Of a stretch of 64,000 nucleotides of DNA, positions 1-63,362 are shown in pieces (position 1 is the first letter of the stretch; the number at the start of each line of letters is the position of its first letter). The translations under genes and the position numbers were made by a program. The stretch is from Octopus sinensis. Lineage: Eukaryota. The stretch spans positions 60,202,001 through 60,266,000 of the forward strand of contig NC_042998.1 of assembly GCF_006345805.1 (NCBI RefSeq). The letters are read 5' to 3'. The notes under the pieces are model-generated. The model did not search any database, was not told where the DNA came from, and saw nothing but the letters and a program-made list of their open reading frames with translations.

Positions 1-1395
1 AGTTATATGTTACAGCTACAATATCCTTAACTGGACACTAAATGAACTGACCAAAATAGACCGGAAAACAAGAAAAATAATGACAGGATCTAGGATGCAT
101 CACCCAAAATCTGACATAGAAAGACTATATATACAACGTATAGAAGGTGGTAGAGGCCTTATACAGCTGGAAAACCACTATAAAATAACCACCATAGGAC
201 TGCAAAAATATCTACTTCAGAATGAAGGAAAACTGATACAAATAGCGGCAAAACACGATCAAAACAAAAAACTGTTCTCAGTATTTAAGGAAGCTGACAA
301 ATACAAACAAGAAATCATACCACCTAATAAATATGAAGAAGAAGAAGAAGAAGAAGAAGAAAGAAGAAGAAGAAGAAGAAGAAGAAGAAGAAGAAGAAGA
401 AGAAGAAGAAGAAGAAGAAGAAGAAGAAGAAGAAGAAGAAGAAGAAGAAGAAGAAAAAGAAGAAAGAATAAAAGCTATAAAACAAATGAAATCCAAACTA
501 AAAATAGAACAGCAACGAACCATGATAAAACGATGGCAAGAAAATCCCCTTCATGGTAAATACTGGACTAAACTAAACGCAAAAGAAATAGACAAAGAAA
601 AATCCTAGCAATGGTTGAGAAGCTCAGGACTCAAAGCAGAGACAGAGGGATTTTTGATTGCAGCACAAGACCAAAGCCTACCCACCAGAAATTACCAAAA
701 ACATATAATGAAAAGAAATATAACAAGTAACTGCAGAATATGTGGAGATGGACAAGAAACAATAAATCATATTATCTCTGGCTGCCCAGTCCTGGCTAAG
801 AAGGAATATATTCACAGACATGACAGAGTTGGAACCTACATACACTGGAAGTTATGCCAACATTATGGAATAACAACAGAAAAAAGATGGTATAGGCACA
901 CACCAGAAAAGGTCACAGAAACGAAAAGCAACCATCTCTGGGATATGCCGATAAACACAGATAGATAATTAAGGCCAACAGACCAGAATAGTTGTCAGAT
1001 CATGAAGAAAAAAATGCATTCTAATCGATGTATTAATATCGGCAGATGACAACGTGTCTCTAAAAGAAATGGAGAAACTTTCAAAGTACAAAGACCTGGA
1101 AATAGAGGTAACCAGAATGTGGAATCTAAAAACAGAAACAATTCCTATCATAGTAGGTGCATTAGGCATGATAAAAAAATATTCAGACAAATGCATAACA
1201 AAAACACCAGGACTTACAAACACATAAAACACACAGAAAATTGCACTACTAGGCACAGCACACATCCTACGCAGAACACTTTCCATACAATAACCATCAG
1301 AGCATCACAACAAATCACAGCACATACCTAAGGCACACAGAGCTACGCTCGGTAGTGAAGGGAAAGCACGCTATAAAAATAAAACTACTGAATAG
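1..1395 (+). mobile_element. R4/Dong-like (RLE-type) non-LTR retrotransposon, 3' part, inactivated
   Basis: Broken ORF with AQDQSLPTRNY, CCHC knuckle CRICGDGQETINHIISGC..LAKKEYIHRHD, and RLE-like LIDVLISADDN..KEMEKLSKYKDLEIEVTRMW..ETIPIIVGALG; stop at 606-608 and frameshifts. Confidence 0.85.
335..464 (+). repeat. (GAA)n microsatellite inside the R4-like ORF
   Basis: About 40 GAA units with one extra A near 361. Confidence 0.95.
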
Positions 1396-1797
1396 TAATG
1401 AAAATATTAATGAAATGAATGTCTGCATATTAAATTATAATAATTATCAAATAAATATAGAAAAATACGTGTTATAACAATAAATAATCAAAATACATTT
1501 AACAAAATTACTTAAAATATAACTATAACTTATCTTAGCGAATAATTTCTGTTAACTAAAATTTTAAACTAATACGTAGAACTATTTACTACTATTTACT
1601 ATTCATTGTTTATGTACTTTATTGATTTTTAGAATAAGGTTTTTATATTTTTTTCTTCTATATGGTGTGAATAACGTCTTTCACTGCTGAATTGCTTAAT
1701 AGAGGCTTTTCTCTAAATTATATACATATATTATATGTGAAATTTGATTTAGAATTGCTAAATTGAATTATTCTCTGTAATTTGGAATATATTTCCC

Positions 1798-1807
1798 TCT
1801 TCTTCTT

Positions 1808-1838
<31 letters not shown>

Positions 1839-1854
1839 TTTAATTATTATTATA

Positions 1855-1895
<41 letters not shown>

Positions 1896-1900
1896 TATTA

Positions 1901-1933
<33 letters not shown>

Positions 1934-2010
1934 GTATATATATATTATATTATATATATATATATAATATATATATATATATGCATGTATATATATATGT
2001 GTATGTATGT
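1798..2010. repeat. Compound (TCT)n-(TAT)n-(TA)n microsatellite
   Basis: Directly visible. Confidence 0.9.
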
Positions 2011-3391
2011 AAACATTACTTGTACTGTAATATTTAATGTCAAGCCTTGATCAGGTTTCTATAGCAGGAAAGAAGTAAATGAGGGATTTTTTGAGATTCT
2101 TAGAACGCATTTGTAATCTTCACAATGATAAAATAGAAATTTGGTATCTAATGATTATACATAAAATATTATGATGCTTCATAACCTTTGTCACGCCTTA
2201 GTGAATATTAAAGAATGTTTATATTTGTTTAATAACTATACATACACTTTTATCTTTTACTTTATTTTTGCTTTGTTTTCCTCGGAGATATGTGTCACAT
2301 CATAACGAAGCGTTGTATCTTTCTTCTGCCCACATGGAAGAAAAATCAATATTTATCACAGTTAAGTTTAATCTCCCAGAGAGTACGAATTAAAAACCTA
2401 AATGTCATTATACCTTGTTCTATTATCTCTATCGCAAGATTAACACCCTCTAACTTAGATACAAATTGTGTTTGCGATTAGGTTTCAATTCCCGTTAGTA
2501 TGATTTTGTTTCTCTTAAATATTTAATATGCTTGAAACAAAAATTGAACATATTTTCTGTGATAAGAACATCGACCACATGGAATCTTCGCATAACTTAC
2601 AGAATATCAATTGAACGATCTACTGCAAATACGATGAACTTAAGCAATTTTTAGAAAGCTCACAGACAAAGGACACCAATATTATGCAGTAATTTATTGA
2701 AAAAGTGAGAACAAAATTGAAATTGCCTAAACATCCATTATATCACACGGATTCTTAACGGAAAGAGAGAAAAAGAGAGAGTGTGAGAGAGAGAGAGCAC
2801 CAGTTTTCACAACTGATACAGATTACCATTAAAGCATTCCATAAGATCCAAACATTCACTAAAGTTTAGCTTTTATTGAGTCATGCAATCTGCAAATATA
2901 TAACTGATATTCGCTTGCATTATGCACTAACTCACTCACTGAACATTACAGAGCCCCTGTACGAAGTTGGCTTTATTAAACTTTTAGATAAAGGTTTGAA
3001 ATTCCAATGAACTCAAGCATACACCAGAATCGATTTTCTTCTTCAAACAAGCCGGTATCCTGAAATTATAACTAAATGCATATTGAACATCACTATAGAA
3101 GTCTGAACACAGCACCTTTATGTTACGACTCACATATTATAGGACAATTCTTAAAAAAAAAACTAGCATACTCGTGTCTTCAAAAGTACCGACAGTGTTA
3201 TGATCGAATATGGGATGTCAAAACAATGAGAGAAACTATTACTAAAGTTCAGCAAACGAGTAACTATATGTGTATACACAGAATTGGAGCACTCGAAGTA
3301 GCAGATACGGTTGTTATGTCTAGATTGGAAATATTATCCACCTGTGTTTTTACATGCGTGTGTGTGTGTGTTTACGTGCGTGCGTGTATGC

Positions 3392-3469
<78 letters not shown>

Positions 3470-3477
3470 ATGTATGT

Positions 3478-3840
3478 ATAAAATGGGACAAGAACGCAAA
3501 ACATCCAGACAGATGATGCAAAAGAGGAATATGAAACAACACGGACGGGACATTCGAAGTTTTCTTTCCTCAGTCGAGTTCCAGATTATCTTTCCAATTT
3601 TGGCTGGTTTTACCCGAGATTGCTCCAATCTGGCCAGCCCCAAGGAAAAACTAAGCTAAGAGCACTAGATTCCTTGGAAGAAAGCAGCGAATGTATACGA
3701 AAACATGGGTGGGAAAAAACGAAATGGTACAGAAATACAAATAACAGGACATAACGACGGGTGTCTTTCGACTAAGGATGAATTAAATTAAGCTGGTGTG
3801 TGGAAGTAAAGCCTTATGGCAGGGACATAAGATTTGACAG
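3478..3840. repeat. Interspersed repeat; second partial copy at about 4485-4590
   Basis: aaatgggacaagaacgcaaaacatccagac...cctcagtcgag..ccagattatcttt shared by both positions; family not identified. Confidence 0.6.
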
Positions 3841-4163
3841 GCACAGGGAGGAATATAGATGTCGCACGCATGGTAGTCGAACCAAGAAAGAAAGGTCAGG
3901 CTTAGCCGAAGACCGGTCACGTGATTAGAGAAGAGAGAGGCAGAGGCAAAAGGATAGATGAATTAAGGAGGGGCGAGAAAAAATAAAGGGACAGAGTGAA
4001 GTGAAAGAGAGACGTTGAGCTTCAAAAGAAGGCCAGGAAATATGAAAGAGGGAAAAAGCAAGAACGAAGAGTGGAATGAACGAATCGTGAAGGAGCTGGT
4101 AGAAAGAAAGAAAGAATGAAAGAATAGGAAGAATAGAGTCGTACAAAATTTAGATATATATAT

Positions 4164-4367
4164 ATTTCTTTACTGCCCACAAGGGGCTAAACATAGAGGG
4201 GACAAACAAGGACAGACAAAGGGATTAAGTCGATTACATCGACCCCAGTGCGTAACTGGTGCTTTATTTATCGACCCCGAAAGGATGAAAGGCAAAGTGA
4301 CCTCGGCGGAATTTGAACGGCTACGCATTTCGACCGGCGTGCTAACGTTTCTGCCAGCTCACCGCCT
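4164..4367 (-). mobile_element. SINE-like repeat, family A
   Basis: Shares gtcgattacatcgaccccagt..accccgaaaggatgaaaggcaaagtcgacctcggcggaatttgaac with copies at about 20520-20900, 24710-24910, 27020-27215, 28120-28290, 39488-39660, 42170-42360, 63455-63850. Confidence 0.8.
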
Positions 4368-4386
4368 TATATATATATATATATAT

Positions 4387-4418
<32 letters not shown>

Positions 4419-4990
4419 TATACTTACATATAAGAGACCAAAGTGTACGTACGCCGCTATATTTTTATATATAAAAAATTAAAAAATGGGACAAGAACGC
4501 AAAACATCCAGACACACGATACAAAGAAAACTGGGACGGGTCATTCAGAGTTTTCTTTTCTCAGTCGAGGTCCAGATTATCTTTACAATTTCACATATAT
4601 ATATATAAAAATGGTGGCTGCCCCCTCGTTATCGCGTATGGCCATTGCACGAAGCTTAATCAATGTTGTTATCGTGCAATGCCTGTGCGAGAAGATTTTT
4701 TTTAAAGTGAGGAAAGGCAAGCAACTGCAGCCATACTCCGAAAAGAAGAACAAGCCAACATCATCGGTAACCACTGAGCCGTAGGTTTTATGTCGGAGTT
4801 ATCCCAGTTACCTGAGTTACTTTCTCCTAGAAGGATGCCCTAACAAACGCTAGGAGTCCTTCACTCCCAATGGTTTAACTGCGCGATCGGATTATTTCTG
4901 TCTCCGCGCGTGATACAGCCTTAAGACAGTTACATATATACATATATATATATATATTTACATACATATATATACATATATATATATACA

Positions 4991-5042
<52 letters not shown>

Positions 5043-5080
5043 CATATATATATACACACACACACATATATATATTTTAT

Positions 5081-5115
<35 letters not shown>

Positions 5116-5133
5116 TCAGAGAGATGTATTTTG

Positions 5134-5164
<31 letters not shown>

Positions 5165-5387
5165 ATTAGGGAGTATGGCTCCAAACTTACAAGGAAAAAT
5201 TAGATTTATAATTAAATCAAATTCCGCAGTATAAATATATAAAATATGAATTACTCTAATTCATATTATATATATATATATATATATACCGGAGTAAACA
5301 CATAAATGTGAAACAAGGTGGAAAAAAGAGTACTCAAATACCAGTGGTAGATTACTATGCTTTATTTAAAGCAGCAGAAAATTCAAC

Positions 5388-5435
5388 AAAACCTGTTACT
5401 CTGAGTTTCACGTTCCCGTTCGTCGGACAGTTTTT
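5388..5435 (-). ncRNA. Type I hammerhead ribozyme motif, mirror copy
   Basis: Exact reverse complement of 5461-5508. Confidence 0.75.
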
Positions 5436-5460
5436 GTGTGCTGGTATCGTAGGATCTAGC

Positions 5461-5508
5461 AAAAACTGTCCGACGAACGGGAACGTGAAACTCAGAGTAA
5501 CAGGTTTT
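5461..5508 (+). ncRNA. Type I hammerhead ribozyme motif (minimal, PLE type)
   Basis: stem I aaaa-a-ctgt/acag-g-tttt; core CCGACGA 5470-5476; stem II ACG-ggaa-CGT; GAAAC 5487-5491; loop tcaga; GTA cleavage triplet 5497-5499. Confidence 0.75.
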
Positions 5509-5542
5509 GTTGAATTATCTGCTGCTTTAAATAAAGTATATA

Positions 5543-5591
<49 letters not shown>

Positions 5592-5639
5592 ATATATATA
5601 TATGTATATATATATATTTAGAGATATATATTTTGATGG

Positions 5640-6318
5640 CGATACTGGATCTTTGCCACTATGCAGTAGCGCCCTGTTCTGCAGTTTGAGTAACTTTCAA
5701 TGCCAAAGTTTGGTATAAGGTCTTGCATGCTTTTCCAAATGTACATCACTGCATATCTTTCCTGCCTTCGTTTTAGGGAGAAGAGTTTTACTTCTTTCAG
5801 TCTTTCCCAGTAGCTGATACGTTGAATCGAGATGATTTTCTTAATGTAGCTTCATTTGATTGCTTCGAGTTCCACTGTGAATTTTATACTGTGTGGGGAC
5901 CATAGTTGAGAGCAGTAGTCCAAGCTGCTGAGGACGTATGTCCTCCAAAGGACCATTAATGTCTCATTTTCCCTTGCTATGGTACTTCGCAGGATCCATC
6001 CAGCTTGCCGTCCTCATTTTATTACCAAATTGGTAATATGCATTTGAAAAGATGCATCATTGCCCATGTCAATGCCCAGGTCACGCATTGATTTTGATTT
6101 AGGCATTATAATTCTTCCTGAGCCAATGTATCCTGTCTGCATGTCGTTTAGCTTTGTGTGCTGGTATCGTAGGATCTAGAATTTTCCTGTGTTAAATTGC
6201 ATGTTGCCCTCAGCACACCTGTTTATTGCGTCTAACACCTGTTACAGATGTGGAATGTTGCCAGGATCTTCCATTGTCTGAGAGACTTTTGTGTCATCTG
6301 CATAGCTAGCAAGGGTGG
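5640..6318 (-). mobile_element. CR1/L2-group LINE, RT C-terminal fragment, degenerate
   Basis: Minus-strand translation SYADDTKVSQ..MRDLGIDM..LDYCSQLWSP..SYWERLKEVKLFSLKRRQER with several stops. Confidence 0.85.
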
Positions 6319-6432
6319 CTATATCATATATATGTACGTATGTCTTTATATATGTAAATATATACGCATACGTATATGTATATATAATATATTATATATA
6401 TATATATATTTATATGTATTTTATACGTATAC

Positions 6433-6592
<160 letters not shown>

Positions 6593-7112
6593 GATGCAGT
6601 ACATTCTTCTAAACCAGAAATCTAAAGACACATTAGCAAAACAAATTTTAAACTTAACACAAAGTCACTTTTAATAAAAAAAAAAAAAGCTAAACAACTG
6701 ATTGTAATTTTAAAACATGAGCAAATAGTTTTAGAATGGAATATATTTTCAATTCATTTACAGCTTTTCTGACATTTTACTAATTTTATGGCAAATTTCT
6801 ATTTTATGTAAATAGAAATTCGTTGAACTTTAATCTCGACTACTTTTGGAACAACTTGTAATTTTAAAATAATGAATGGAAAATATTTCTCAAATGAAAT
6901 GTATGTTCATCTGTGTATGTGTGTGTGTATGTGTGTGTGTGTGTGTGTCCGCGGGTGTGCGTGCATGCGTGTTAGAGAGAGAGTGACAGGCAGATAGACT
7001 GAGAATTTGCTACGTGTGGTGTCTGTCCACTTAAGCAATAGGAGTAATGATGGTTTCTGATTTAGATATATACATGTGTGTGTGTTTATGTGTGTGTGAG
7101 TGTGTCTGCATG

Positions 7113-7182
<70 letters not shown>

Positions 7183-7319
7183 GAGAGAAAGAGAGCTAGG
7201 GAGTCCCAAAGGTCTAGGGGTCCAGTTGTGATCCATGTATGCGGCTTGCTGTTTATATAGGTCATAAATAATTGATTTGCCAGAGAACCTATAATACTCC
7301 AAGATGGTCATGTGTGTGT

Positions 7320-7367
<48 letters not shown>

Positions 7368-9337
7368 GATAGAGACAGAGAGAGACAGAGAGATTTCGAA
7401 TTTTTGTCTATCAAATATTCATTTCATACGACACTATGATAAAGGTTACTGGGCACACTGTCCAGACCATGACGTAAGTCACTTGTCCTAGGTACCATAC
7501 AGTGCAATCGAATCCGGAATCGTATGGTTAAAAATAGAGCTTTTTAACCAAACAGCCATTCGAAAAACTGTTATATATATAGAATAGTATTCGTAGTTTA
7601 CTATGCATGTCATCCATAAACAGTTGCATCTCGGTTTTTATCTGGGGATTATCCTACTGAATTTACCCTACAATATCTTTATATACTTCTTTTAATAAAA
7701 TTGTAAAAATGCTACGTATTCACATATCCCTCAGCATATTTTTAAAACAGTCCCCGTTTGAAAATATATACAAACAAGAGACTAAAGCTTGACTTCGGTG
7801 TGTGATTGATTCTATTTATGTTATGTATCTATTACTGTTCTTATATCGAGTTCTTATATCGAAATCAGACATTTTCAGCAAGTATTGTTTTCATCAAAAA
7901 GACAAGAATATATTTTTGCGATTTCTTTTCGTCTTCTTATGAATGACTACATTTTATTAGAAATCGAATGAGATTATATCGTTTCTTGTTGGTTGGTTTC
8001 ATTCTCTGATTTTCTATAACTGCAACCATTTTGTGAAAATTTACATTTCGCAAACGCATTGCAATTTGATACTCATATAAAAAGAAATATTTTGATGCTA
8101 TTTTCCTCTTCCCAAAATGTTTAATAGTTTCTATTAAGTTCACTAACTTGTCTTTGATATCACTATTGAAGCATTCAGGCCAAGTTTCATAATTCTACAA
8201 TAATGTCTGGAAGCCTTTCAAGAATACAATCTGTGAAACAATGTAACCACTGAAAATATCAGAGTTGGTCGATAAATACTCTATCGAACTAACATATGAA
8301 ATATTTGTAGTTTTCCTTCTATTACTGTTGCTGAACTGCATCAGTTAACTTCCAAGGAGTTTGTTCATCTAACTTCAGTCCTATAGACGTTAGATAGCGG
8401 GGTCCATGTAAGATGGATGTGTGATTCGTTAACTGTAGAATTTCTAGGTTCCTCGTACAGAACCAGAAGTACTATAAAACGTTTAGTCAGCCATACCAGA
8501 TTTTACATCAACATATTCACTTTTAAACATCAAACAATAAACTCCTGGCAATGTAAATTTTAATAGAAATAACAAACTGGTTTTCCTAGGACAGGCTATG
8601 CATAATGTATAATTTTGTCATTGGAATCATTATTCACCATTCTAGAACGACTATTATCTGATCAATTAGGTGTAATAACTCTTATCGCATTTTCTTTTTA
8701 GCGTCAGTGATGTAATATCTAACTGCACATGTTTTTTCTTGGTTGATTTAATAATAGAAGCAAATGTCTGCAAGAACGGATTTAAGTTATGCTTCCTATA
8801 CATCTTTAAGATATGACTGTTGATATGTAAAAAATAACCCAATATCTATGTGCATATAAATGTAATATGTGCGGGCTTGTTTTTATGACGGTATTTATCT
8901 CGACATTACGTCTCTATGAATATTTATTTTAGTACTTTGAAGATGATAAGAATTAGTCAGTGAAATGCGAGGTTTCCTTTGAAACAAACTGGCTAACTTC
9001 TGAGTATGTAAAAATGAATATGCATAGGTATTCTAATCATCTTCTTTTGTTTGATACGCTCATCTATTAATACTTCAAAGATGATAATGTCCATGAATTT
9101 AGCTTGAATGTTATCAATCCGACAAAAAGATTCGATTTTCTTACTTGCCGTGATGTTATGAAGAGTTTTTCTAATAAATCAGCACCAATAATGTAATCAT
9201 AGAAGAAAATTCTAGGAGCTGGGGAAAATGAGAGAACCTGCATTTTGAATTCTCAAACAATGTCTTTGTCAAACCGTAAGCTAACAGATATTTTCTTTTT
9301 AACTGTAATTGTTAAACTTTATCATATTCATCAAAAC

Positions 9338-9343
9338 TTTATT
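9338..9343 (-). promoter_or_regulatory. Candidate AATAAA polyadenylation signal of the villin-like gene
   Basis: tttatt on + strand about 140 nt downstream of the stop; weak evidence in AT-rich DNA. Confidence 0.4.
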
Positions 9344-9485
9344 TGAATCATTTCAAACTGTTAAATGTATTTGTCATTAGTATCTTATTTCAACACCAAT
9401 AACTTTCGAGGTTTCACTGGTCCTTGACAGCCTCCATTGATATTTTAAACTATTATAATTTGCTGTTCGAAATGTAATTGCTCTA

Positions 9486-59337
<49,852 letters not shown>

Positions 59338-59450
59338 CTGAAAAATAACAAAAAAAAGATTTAATGGATTTTTATTATTAGTAGTAGTATTTGTAGTAGT
59401 ATGTGCCCGATGTTTTATGTATGGAATAAATTGCATTCTGTTTCATCACA

Positions 59451-59503
<53 letters not shown>

Positions 59504-59747
59504 ACTCTCTCTCTCTCTCTCTTTACATATATGTATGTGTGCGCGCGCGGGCGTGTTTATGATGGTCTTCGAAGCATTGGCTCTGATTTTAGCTAGTGGT
59601 ATTATATACTCTACTGAATATATATATGTTTTATTTATATTCCTGAGCGCCATACTAATACAATTGTTTGTTTGTATTCCACCTACCTTCGTCTTTTGTT
59701 TATTTTCATAAAGCTTCCCGTTATATATAATATATATATATATATAT

Positions 59748-60585
59748 ATGTAATTTTAAATTGATAATAAAAGGGTAAAATTTATCAATCAAATCAATTA
59801 ATTAATCAATCAATTATATATAATAATTTTACCAAGTAGATCGGTACGTTAAAATAACCTTTATAGGTAAAATTATACAAATATTTTATAATTATAAATA
59901 TAATTATAACTAGGGTTCAACTAATTGCTTCACCACATACCGAATTTAGAAATAGGAGTTTAAAAATTCCTTTTCTACTACTGTAAGAATCTCCATGACA
60001 GTAACATACCTTTTTACGTAGGCTAAGAGAAAAACAATGAATCAACACGACCAGGATTAAATACATGCGCGTTTCGAGATTAAAGTGTTTAAAAATTTAC
60101 TTACTTCTCTCTTTAGTATAATATTTCCAATTATAAAATTTGAAAGTGCTTTAGCTGTATATGCACACGATAGAGCGACATCATGTAACAGATATCCAAC
60201 CAACACTTCCAAAATTTACAGAGCCGAATGTGAATACACTATTTAAACTCTATACCCACGTGTGTGCTACGAGCAATACCGCAGAAAACTGCAGTATTCT
60301 ATCATGGACTAATTTACAATTTTAAATTAATAATAACAGGGTAAAATTTATTAATTAAATTAATTAATTAATCAATCAATTAATTAATAATTTTACCAAG
60401 TAGATAGAAACGTTGAAATAACATTTATAGGTAAAATTATACAAATATTTTATAAGTATAAGCATAATTATAATTAGGGTTCAGCTAATTGCTTCACCAC
60501 ATACCGTATTTAGAAATAGGAGTTAGAAAATTCCTTTTCTACTACTGTAAGAATCGCCATGACAGTAACATACTTTTTTACGTGA
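59748..60585 (+). repeat. Two diverged direct copies (about 270 bp; 59748-60020 and 60317-60585) of an AT-rich repeat
   Basis: Both contain aataattttaccaagtagat..ggtaaaattatacaaatattttata..ttccttttctactactgtaagaatc.ccatgacagtaacatac. Confidence 0.8.
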
Positions 60586-61834
60586 CAGTAAAAAGTATGT
60601 TACTGACAGTAGCATACTTTTTAAATCCTGGAGTCGTTGATTCATTGTTTTTCTCTTTGCCTAAATAAAAAATGCATGTCTTGCCTAGAGCACTATATAA
60701 TGAAAGCCGTAGAAAAGATAATCGAGAGGAGACAAGACAGAAGCTGAAATCATGCGGAAAACATAATTCAATTTTAGTCGAATATGCAAGCCCACAATGT
60801 TCAGCAACTGATGAGACACAATGATCAGCAACTGAGAAAAGAAACTATGAAATCAGTTGTATAACAGATGCCAACACGGTGATAAAGATTAATAAAAAGG
60901 AAAACATCTATACCAAACTAATGATAAATCTGCAGGACTGTAAGTTTAGATTTCTACCTATAATTATTGTGAAATATATATATATATATCGGCATGATAG
61001 ATCGGTAGCCACTACACATATTTTTTTCTCTCCTTGTTTCTTTCTGTGTTCCTTTCTGTGGAAACGTTAAAGACTTTTTCAATTCCCGAGCGTTATACTA
61101 ATACATCTGTTTGTTTTCTATACCACTTGTCTTCGTCTTTTGGGGATTTTTTCGTGAATTCTTCCTACATATATATATATATACATAGCTCAGCGGTCAT
61201 TCTAATAGCCCTTATGTCTTAATAACGGTCAATCACACAATAATTTCACTTTGCTTAACGGTCATTTTCATAGCATTTTTTTTTTTGATGGCCCGATAAC
61301 TAAAGAGATGCCCGCATGGGTTTCTGCCCTGACATCTGAAACTCGGAGTTTTATCATGGCTTCCGAATGATTGTCACATATTATATTTGCAGATAAATTC
61401 TTCTATTTACATAATTATCGAGGTCTCTTTCATTCTTTTGTTGTCTTAACATTTCTATCAATATATATATATACATACATACATGGATACATGCACGAAT
61501 ACATGTATGTATACATATGTACATACAAGACTACTCCGTTTGATGTCTTGTTTCCTGGTTAAGAATCTGACTCTCCATTTATGAGAAATGCATACACACA
61601 TACATATCAACTGTAGACGAGTTTAGCATTCACTGCAAAAGAAATGCCTTTGCAAAATTTCAGGTCCAATAAGGTTTGCAAAACATCTCATAGACCTTCC
61701 CCATCCTATTATATATATACATACATGTGTGTGCATGTATTTTTATATAAACACACACACACAAGCACACACAAATACACACACATACACACACATACAC
61801 ACACACGCACACACACACATACACACACACACAC

Positions 61835-61887
<53 letters not shown>

Positions 61888-61904
61888 GTGTGTGTGTGTG
61901 TTTA

Positions 61905-62985
61905 TCCCTTGTCATCAATGGCTGCTTCACATCGGAGTCGGAACTGCTGACGCGCTCGAATCAGCTGATCTCTATCAACTTTTTGGTAAAGGTGAATTTT
62001 AGATATTGTATAGTGTTATGGGTGTGTTCAACTAGCTCTTTCTCGAATATGCGCCATATGTAGTAGTCCAGTAAATTGATTCCTAGTGTGCTAGGAGGCC
62101 GTGTGTCAGGGAGAACATGATCATGGAGATAATCACGCATCCACATTTGGCTTGTCTTTGTCTTATGAGACGGCGCAGTCTTGTTGAAACACATACAGTC
62201 TTCGCTTGCGGACTCTGTCTATCCAGGATCTCACAACTTTCTCCAACACTTCTATGTACACAAAGGTATTGACTCTTAAGCCCTGTGAGAAAAGTGAGGA
62301 AGCATGACATCTCCCTCGTTGCTGACGACTCCCAGAACCAACATATTTGCTGGAAACTTAGTATGTATGACCTTTGGAATCTTATTCCGTTCTCTGCATA
62401 ACATCTATCGTTCCTTCGGTTTATCTATTTGTCCTGATCGAAGTTTTTCTCGTCAGAGAAAAACCAAACCATTCCAGCCTCTTGGAATGTTTAGCAAGCA
62501 CTTTGCACCGACCGAACGCTTCTGTGAAACATAAACTGACCCCTCCTCATCACATACTTCTCTTACTGGATGTCTTCATCCACAACTCTTCTAATGGTGC
62601 ATTTTGAAACCCTGAAGTCCTATGCAGTGAAGTCCTAGGCTCTGCTTGACTTCCTGGGACTTTTAACGATTACTTTTTGAGCTTGTTTTTCAAAGTTACG
62701 TGTTCTGGTGGAATTAGAATTCTGAGCTTGCGTTTTGTTTTAGATACCCGTCAGTAGTTTCCAGCTCCTTTTGAACTTTGACAACGAAGGATCAGGCAAC
62801 CTTCAGGAAGTGAGCTATATCTGTATCACTATGTCACGCTTTTAAGACAGCGATTTCAGCATACCTTTTACTTTACTGAGTCACGTGATGCCCGACCATA
62901 TTTATCTCAAAAGTAAGGCAAAAATAGTAAGGTAGAAGAAAGAGCTCTTGAAAGAGACGTCCTCAAAATACTGACGCATGTATGT
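61905..62985 (-). mobile_element. Second DD37D (maT)-like Tc1/mariner relic
   Basis: Minus strand AVLKA.HSDTDIAHFLKVA; FSDEKNFDQD; APSHKTKTSQMWMRDYL..PPS..NLLDYYIW; many frameshifts. Confidence 0.8.
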
Positions 62986-63014
62986 ATGGATGTACGGAAG
63001 TGTGTATGCGTGAG

Positions 63015-63362
63015 TGTGTATGTATGTATGTATGTATGTATGTATGTATGTATGTATGTATGTATGTATGTATGTATGCATGCATGCATGTATGTATGTA
63101 TGTATGTATGTATGTATGTATGTATGCATGCACGTATGCATGTATGTATGTATGTATGTATGTATGTATGTATGTATGTATGTATGTATGTATGTATGTA
63201 TGTATGTATGTATGTATGCATGCATGCATGTATGTATGTATGTATGTATGTATGTATGTATGTATGCATGCACGTATGCATGTATGTATGTATGTATGTA
63301 TGTATGTATGTATGTATGTATGTATGTATGTATGTATGTATGTATGTATGTATGTATGTATA
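63015..63362. repeat. (TATG)n array with TGCA/CACG interruptions
   Basis: Directly visible; shorter (TATG)n arrays at about 12432-12505 and 47365-47480. Confidence 0.95.

Larger units (their letters stand above)
5289..5536. mobile_element. Penelope-like terminal repeat fragments in inverted arrangement (77-bp arms 5360-5436 and 5460-5536)
   Basis: Near-perfect inverted repeat (1 mismatch) with a hammerhead motif in each arm; inverted terminal copies with hammerheads are established PLE features. Confidence 0.7.

Noticed and set aside
3541-3580. Hammerhead-like CTGAGGA..CGAA on the minus strand (also 4531-4570)
   Set aside because: No GAAA-N-UH geometry and no stem I pairing.
9145-9237. Exon-like segment VLSFSPAPRIFFYDYIIGADLLEKLFITSRQ with AG/GT ends
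   Set aside because: It lies downstream of the villin stop and candidate polyA signal, has a poor pyrimidine tract and has no partner exons.
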